DNA of 64,000 nucleotides. Origin: a virus (taxonomy: Duplodnaviria > Caudoviricetes). Positions 59,499 to 64,000 of this stretch are shown piece by piece. The stretch lies in IMG/VR virus record IMGVR_UViG_3300035208_004396; one strand, given 5' to 3'. Position 1 is the first letter of the stretch. Each line of letters opens with the position of its first letter. The notes beneath the pieces are model-generated. The model was not told where the DNA came from, ran no database searches, and worked only from the letters and a program-made list of their open reading frames with translations. Position numbers and translations under genes: made by a program.

Positions 59499-59816
59499 AT
59501 GACAAAGACTGGAATCAAAAAAGACTATTATTCATCAGGCGAACTGATGAAAGAGACTCCATTTGTAAATGGAATGATGAATGGTGTTCAGAAATGCTAT
59601 TTCACATCCGGCAATCTGATGTATGAGATTCCTTATGTAGATGGAAAAGAAAACGGTATTAAGACCGAATATTATTCATCTGGTGAAATTATGTATGAGA
59701 CTCCTTATGTAGATGGAAAACCGACTGGAATTCGTAAGGACTATGATGAATCTGGTAATCTGGTACGTAAGACTAAAGTGAGTGAGTTAATTAAAAAAAA
59801 CGTAATTAGGAAATAA
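59499..59816 (+). CDS. MORN-variant repeat protein (YwqK antitoxin-like)
   Basis: Repeats of G..K.YY.SG.L..E.PYV.G, 24-aa period. Confidence 0.8.
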   Translation: MTKTGIKKDYYSSGELMKETPFVNGMMNGVQKCYFTSGNLMYEIPYVDGKENGIKTEYYSSGEIMYETPYVDGKPTGIRKDYDESGNLVRKTKVSELIKKNVIRK

Positions 59817-59820
59817 TACT

Positions 59821-60105
59821 ATGAATCTTACTATTGAAGAATTCATCTCTATTGCCGGCTGCTATGGAGATATACATAAAGAAGATGATGGTTATTCTTG
59901 TTATGTTCCAGTGTGTAAGACATTTGGGTGGAAACTTAATTATTATAACTTATCTAATAGACTAAGCATATCAGCTGTAGTTAACGATGGATCTAAAGCG
60001 GAATCAGAATCTATATTTACAGATTTCGGCACCAACAAAGAAAGATTGCTAAAGTCTCTATCAGTATTGAACGGAATTCATCACGATTTAGCTGTTATAT
60101 TTTAA
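59821..60105 (+). CDS. Hypothetical protein
   Basis: 94-aa ORF. Confidence 0.55.
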   Translation: MNLTIEEFISIAGCYGDIHKEDDGYSCYVPVCKTFGWKLNYYNLSNRLSISAVVNDGSKAESESIFTDFGTNKERLLKSLSVLNGIHHDLAVIF

Positions 60106-60160
60106 AATGCTTATTGGTATTTAACAAAAATTAAAGCCATAACATAAAAGGATTCTCTTT

Positions 60161-60490
60161 ATGATTAATACTTTATTAAAAGAGATAGAAAATTTTATAA
60201 AATCCCGAATAATAAATACAGAATTTACAGTTATTAAGTTAAAGAATTCTATTATAATTGAATCGAATAAAGCAGAATCTAGCTTAAAGATTTCATTTTG
60301 TAAAGAAACTGTAAACATCAGAGTTTATGGTAAATGTAAAAAATTTCTGCTCGAATCAAACAGTGGATGGAGTATCACATATAAAAGCATAGAAGAAAAT
60401 AGAAATTTCTTTGAGCAATTATTATTTTACTCGAATATTAGTATATCTTCATTCTTATATTCGTGTGAAGAAGTATGTGGCAATAAGTAA
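60161..60490 (+). CDS. Hypothetical protein
   Basis: 109-aa ORF with AAGGA RBS. Confidence 0.5.
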   Translation: MINTLLKEIENFIKSRIINTEFTVIKLKNSIIIESNKAESSLKISFCKETVNIRVYGKCKKFLLESNSGWSITYKSIEENRNFFEQLLFYSNISISSFLYSCEEVCGNK

Positions 60491-60529
60491 AGAAAAAACT
60501 ATATTGTATAAGTATTAAAGGAGATTAAT

Positions 60530-60943
60530 ATGGCAGAACTAACACTTGAAGAAGCTAGAAAGATCTATTCCGAATCGGATTCATTGAAAGATTTAATGCT
60601 TACTAAGTTTACCAAGGCCGAACTGGAAAAGCACGAAGTTACTCAAGCTGAATTCGATAAAAAATTCATCGAACTACTCGGTCAATGTACAAAAACAGTA
60701 TTTCTTAATGCTAATGGATTAATAAGCGACCTTCCTACTAACCGGATAGAACTAAGAAATAAAGATAATGAATGGCTGTTCGATATCTGTTTCACTGGAA
60801 ATGAAAAGCATTTCTGGGTAAATTCATATAGAGTATGGAACATTTTAGCCAATGAGTTTCATCTACAAGATGATGATATTCAGCTACTTACGAAAAACCA
60901 GATGAAAAAACTGTTCGGATTAGATGAGAAGATTATAACTTGA
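60530..60943 (+). CDS. Hypothetical protein
   Basis: 137 aa; AAGGAG RBS. Confidence 0.65.
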   Translation: MAELTLEEARKIYSESDSLKDLMLTKFTKAELEKHEVTQAEFDKKFIELLGQCTKTVFLNANGLISDLPTNRIELRNKDNEWLFDICFTGNEKHFWVNSYRVWNILANEFHLQDDDIQLLTKNQMKKLFGLDEKIIT

Positions 60944-61195
60944 AAATAAATGGGGTCTATTTATAGAGAAGTGCCAAGAAAAATCCCATGATTTAGCATG
61001 GTGATATGAATTGGTACTAAAATTTCATAAAAAGCAAAAATTGAAGAATAAAAATTATAAATATAATATAGATATGGTTTACAAAGTGACGATTGTTTAC
61101 TATATTTAAGATAAATTTAACATTATTGGGCTTGTTACCATTTCGCTCGTCACTTTAGATTTGGTAACTCGCCTTTTCTATATGGAGTGACGACC

Positions 61196-61603
61196 ATGAA
61201 CATAGAATATCATTCAAAAGCACATAGCAAATTTTTACTCATATTTCACTTAATTTTAGTATGCAAATATAGAAAGAAACTTCTTTCAGATTCAAATATA
61301 TCAAGAAAAATTAAAGAACTAAGTGAAGAAATATGTAATAGACATAATACTAACATATTAAAAATGGAAACTGGCAAAGACCATATACACTATATGTTAG
61401 AAATAATACCAAATACGAATTTAGCAGATTTAGTTAAAACTATTAAATCTTATACTACTTTTCATATATGGTCATGTTTTCAAAATAAGCTTTCAAAAGA
61501 ATTTTGGAAAGAACATACATTTTGGACAGATGGATATTTCTTAACATCTATTGGTAATGTATCACAAAAAGTTCTTGAATCATATATAGAAAATCAGGGA
61601 TAA
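61196..61603 (+). CDS. tnpA: IS200-type Y1 HUH transposase
   Basis: HLILVCKYRK, DHIH (HUH), FWTDGYF, YIENQG; GGAG RBS favours ATG 61196. Confidence 0.93.
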   Translation: MNIEYHSKAHSKFLLIFHLILVCKYRKKLLSDSNISRKIKELSEEICNRHNTNILKMETGKDHIHYMLEIIPNTNLADLVKTIKSYTTFHIWSCFQNKLSKEFWKEHTFWTDGYFLTSIGNVSQKVLESYIENQG

Positions 61604-61604
61604 T

Positions 61605-62852
61605 ATGAAGAAAGGTCTAAACATAAGATTATATCCAAATATAGTTCAGCAAAAGTTGGCAGAAAAGACTTTTGGTGCTACTCGCTTTGTATATAATCAC
61701 GTTTTAGGCTTAAAGAAAGAATTATGGGAAGAATATAGATTATCATTTACACCAAATTTAAAGTCCTTTAAAGAAGAATGGAATTTTCTGACTAAAGTTC
61801 CAAGTCAAGCACTAGCAAATTCTTATATGGATTGTCTAAATTCTTTTAAGAATTTCTTTAATGGGAAAAGGGGTAAAACTAATAATAAACAAAAATATCC
61901 AAAATTCCATAAGAAAGGAAAATCTAAAGATAGTTTTAGGATTGCTTGCACTTATAACAAGAAAAGTATTGGTGATATACGAATTTTAGACAAAAATCAT
62001 ATTCAAATACCTAAGTTTGGAAAAATGAAATTTGCTGGATATGATAGTTTAGATTGGTCTAAAATCCACATCTATAACGTGACTATTTCTAAATCACATT
62101 GTGGTAATTACTATGCTTCTATCTGTGCAGAATTAGATGAACCAGAGTATATTGAACCAAAATTTAAAGAAACTGCATTTGATTTAGGTTTGAAAGATTT
62201 TGCTATTTTTGATGATGGAACTGTAGAAAACAATCCAAGGTATTTTAGAAAATCACAAAAACAATTAGCAAAAGCACAACGAAAACTAAGTCATTGTGTT
62301 AAAGGTTCAAATGGATATAAGAAACAAAAAATAAAAGTAGCAAAGATACATGAAAAAGTAAGAAATCAAAGAAAAGATTTTCAACATAAAGTTAGTTCAA
62401 GAATAATTATTGAAAACCAAAATATCTATTCTGAAAATCTAAAGCCTTCTAATATGTTGAAAAATCATAAACTAGCTAAATCTATTCAAGATGCAGCATT
62501 TGGTAGTTTCTGTAATATGGTTAGTTACAAATCACTAATATATCATAGAAATTACATTAAAATCGGTACATTCTTTCCATCATCTAAACTATGCCATTGC
62601 TGTGGTTTTAAGTACAATGGATTAAGTTTAGACGAAAGATTCTGGAAATGTCCAGATTGTGGAGAACTACTAGATAGAGATGAAAATGCGGCTTTGAATA
62701 TACTAAAAGAAGGTCAAAGAATTTTTAATAGTACGGTAGGAAATACCGAATCTCTAGGTCAATATCCTAGTAAGCCGATTGCTACTGGTTTGAATACAAA
62801 CCTTGAGTCGGAACTGTTGTCAAATCCTTCAATAGAAGGTCCTCTGCTTTAG
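61605..62852 (+). CDS. tnpB: TnpB RNA-guided nuclease
   Basis: RLYP..FG.RFVYN HTH, FDLGLK (RuvC-I), SENL (RuvC-II), CHCCG/CPDCG, DRDENAALNI (RuvC-III). Confidence 0.95.
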   Translation: MKKGLNIRLYPNIVQQKLAEKTFGATRFVYNHVLGLKKELWEEYRLSFTPNLKSFKEEWNFLTKVPSQALANSYMDCLNSFKNFFNGKRGKTNNKQKYPKFHKKGKSKDSFRIACTYNKKSIGDIRILDKNHIQIPKFGKMKFAGYDSLDWSKIHIYNVTISKSHCGNYYASICAELDEPEYIEPKFKETAFDLGLKDFAIFDDGTVENNPRYFRKSQKQLAKAQRKLSHCVKGSNGYKKQKIKVAKIHEKVRNQRKDFQHKVSSRIIIENQNIYSENLKPSNMLKNHKLAKSIQDAAFGSFCNMVSYKSLIYHRNYIKIGTFFPSSKLCHCCGFKYNGLSLDERFWKCPDCGELLDRDENAALNILKEGQRIFNSTVGNTESLGQYPSKPIATGLNTNLESELLSNPSIEGPLL

Positions 62853-62890
62853 CAGAGCGACAGGTTTCACAATTACTCAAATACTGATTC
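62700..62890 (+). ncRNA. Predicted omega/reRNA (tnpB 3' end + right end + flanking guide)
   Basis: Inferred from IS605 biology; guide would begin at 62871 (AATTACTCAAATACTGATTC); 5' boundary not determined. Confidence 0.45.
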
Positions 62891-63013
62891 TACTATTACA
62901 GTATTGGCACTTCGGAGACCCTCTAGAATTCATTTTAACCCTGATTTAAGAGCTTATATCTTAATAACTAGATAGATCTAGGTAGAACTGTAGCTTAAAC
63001 AGGATCTAAATAT

Positions 63014-63086
63014 GAGGACAAAACACCGATTTCATCCTCGAATAGATGATAATAAGAGGACAAAACCCCGATTTCATACTCGAATA
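63014..63086 (+). repeat. Two 31-bp direct repeats with an 11-bp spacer
   Basis: GAGGACAAAACACCGATTTCATCCTCGAATA / GAGGACAAAACCCCGATTTCATACTCGAATA. Confidence 0.85.
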
Positions 63087-63165
63087 TCGAAACTTTCTAA
63101 AAATATTATAGCAGATTCCACTTCGATTATCTTATGTTGAATCAGAACACTTTAGTTTTATTGAG

Positions 63166-63483
63166 TTAAATTAGTTCATTAATAAAGCCGAACATATATT
63201 TCTCATAGATTTCATTTTCTAAAACTCGTTCGATATCCGAATTAATTTCTTTTACTGGTCTATTAGTATCTAAATTCACGTTATTTGGTAAAATTTCTAC
63301 ATTATTTGATGTTTTTGAAACTATAATGCTTTTATTTAGATCACCTATTCTAAAATTCATAATATAATTATCATCGGTTTCCACATTATTTATGTCATAA
63401 TCAATTTTGAAATAATTGAAAATAGCATTAGCTAAAGCCAAATTATTTTTTCTTATATCTAGTTCATCCGATAATGATTGCAT
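63166..63483 (-). CDS. Hypothetical protein
   Basis: 105-aa ORF. Confidence 0.55.
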   Translation of the reverse strand: MQSLSDELDIRKNNLALANAIFNYFKIDYDINNVETDDNYIMNFRIGDLNKSIIVSKTSNNVEILPNNVNLDTNRPVKEINSDIERVLENEIYEKYMFGFINELI

Positions 63484-63503
63484 ATTTTTATATATTATTT
63501 GAT

Positions 63504-63713
63504 ATGAATCTAGTAGATGTGAAACAATATATTAACGATTGTAAAAAATCTGGTGAATTAATCAAACTGAATGAGTTATCACATTATCTTGATAATATAA
63601 TTGAAACTATGGGTTGTATTAAATATCCAATGTGTCCATATCATGAAAAATGCAGAAAATTACAGTATTGTGGTAAGGATTCTTGGGAAAAAGGAAATAA
63701 ACATGGAAACTGA
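63504..63713 (+). CDS. Small Cys-rich hypothetical protein
   Basis: ATG at 63504; C..PMCPY...C...YC; overlaps the clamp loader start. Confidence 0.5.
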   Translation: MNLVDVKQYINDCKKSGELIKLNELSHYLDNIIETMGCIKYPMCPYHEKCRKLQYCGKDSWEKGNKHGN

Positions 63714-64000
63714 TATCTGGGTAGAAAAATATAGGCCAAAGATATTAAAAGCAGTAATTTTGCCTGAAAAATTGACTACATATTTCGAAAACATGATTAA
63801 AAGTGGAGAATCTCGAAATTTATTGCTATATAGTCAAAAAAGTGGAACTGGCAAGACTACTATGGCTAAGGTTTTAGCTTATGAACTTGGAGCTGAACCC
63901 TTTTATGTAAATGCCTCGAATACAAACATTGAAACATTAAAGACAGATATTTCTAATTATGCTAGATATAAATCTTTAGATAACAAACCCAAGATCGTTA
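63703..64000 (+). CDS. gp44: Clamp loader AAA+ subunit, T4 gp44-like (partial, runs off the window)
   Basis: METDIWVEKYRPK...VILP...NLLLYS..SGTGKTT.AK...YVNAS; not in ORF track. Confidence 0.92.
   Translation, partial: METDIWVEKYRPKILKAVILPEKLTTYFENMIKSGESRNLLLYSQKSGTGKTTMAKVLAYELGAEPFYVNASNTNIETLKTDISNYARYKSLDNKPKIV

Larger units (their letters stand above)
60965..62870 (+). mobile_element. IS200/IS605-family element (tnpA + tnpB)
   Basis: Left hairpin (CCATG-ATTTAG-CATGG within AGTGCCAA..TTGGTACT) after TTTAT; right hairpin CTCTGCT-TT-AGCAGAG ending ...TTCAC at 62870; left boundary inferred. Confidence 0.85.

Noticed and set aside
606-60318. Many short ORFs antisense to or nested in recognised genes (e.g. 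606-800, 1170-1391, 11687-11992, 14375-14764, 26638-26925, 39060-39407, 41009-41771, 47133-47606)
   Set aside because: Shadow ORFs opposite well-supported genes, with no RBS or motifs
63014-63086. Possible mini CRISPR array near tnpB
   Set aside because: Only two repeats, 11-bp spacer, no cas genes
1-64000. Stop-codon reassignment (alternative genetic code)
   Set aside because: Conserved genes are full length under the standard code and end in TAA, TAG or TGA; gene breaks coincide with domain or intein boundaries
1-64000. tRNA/rRNA genes, reverse transcriptase, DGR or retron
   Set aside because: No cloverleaf/T-loop signatures, rRNA-like sequence or RT motifs recognised by eye; a tRNAscan/Infernal run is needed to exclude them fully

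Overview
A 64-kb segment of an AT-rich, large T4-like (myovirus-type) phage genome, read in the standard genetic code. It carries many T4 core homologues: portal gp20, prohead protease gp21, terminase gp16/gp17, neck gp13/gp14, tail tube gp19, gp3, gp25, gp46, gp32, RNase H, clamp loader gp44 and a type II topoisomerase B subunit. They are scattered and switch strand often instead of forming T4-style modules. The main theme is fragmented essential genes. (1) Class III RNR nrdD is cut at its catalytic MG|CR motif by an atypically split intein (15-aa IntN, 138-aa IntC) with an HNH gene between the halves. (2) The large terminase stops after the ATPase domain with a 34-aa IntN, and its C-terminal half is not in the window. 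(3) NAD-dependent DNA ligase is encoded as two genes about 12 kb apart, with matching -35/-10 boxes and spacing. Other notable items: a 168-bp near-identical non-coding repeat 31.5 kb apart, with one copy upstream of a primase-polymerase/Rep-like gene (candidate origins); a homing endonuclease fused to a methyltransferase-like domain; a dCMP-type thymidylate-synthase homologue + kinase + dCTPase-like operon; glycosyltransferases with a TupA-like ATP-grasp; an OFA-family MFS transporter; a degenerate terminase-ATPase paralogue; and an apparently intact IS200/IS605 (tnpA/tnpB) element. No tRNA, rRNA or CRISPR array was seen. All calls are motif recognition by eye; no database search was run.
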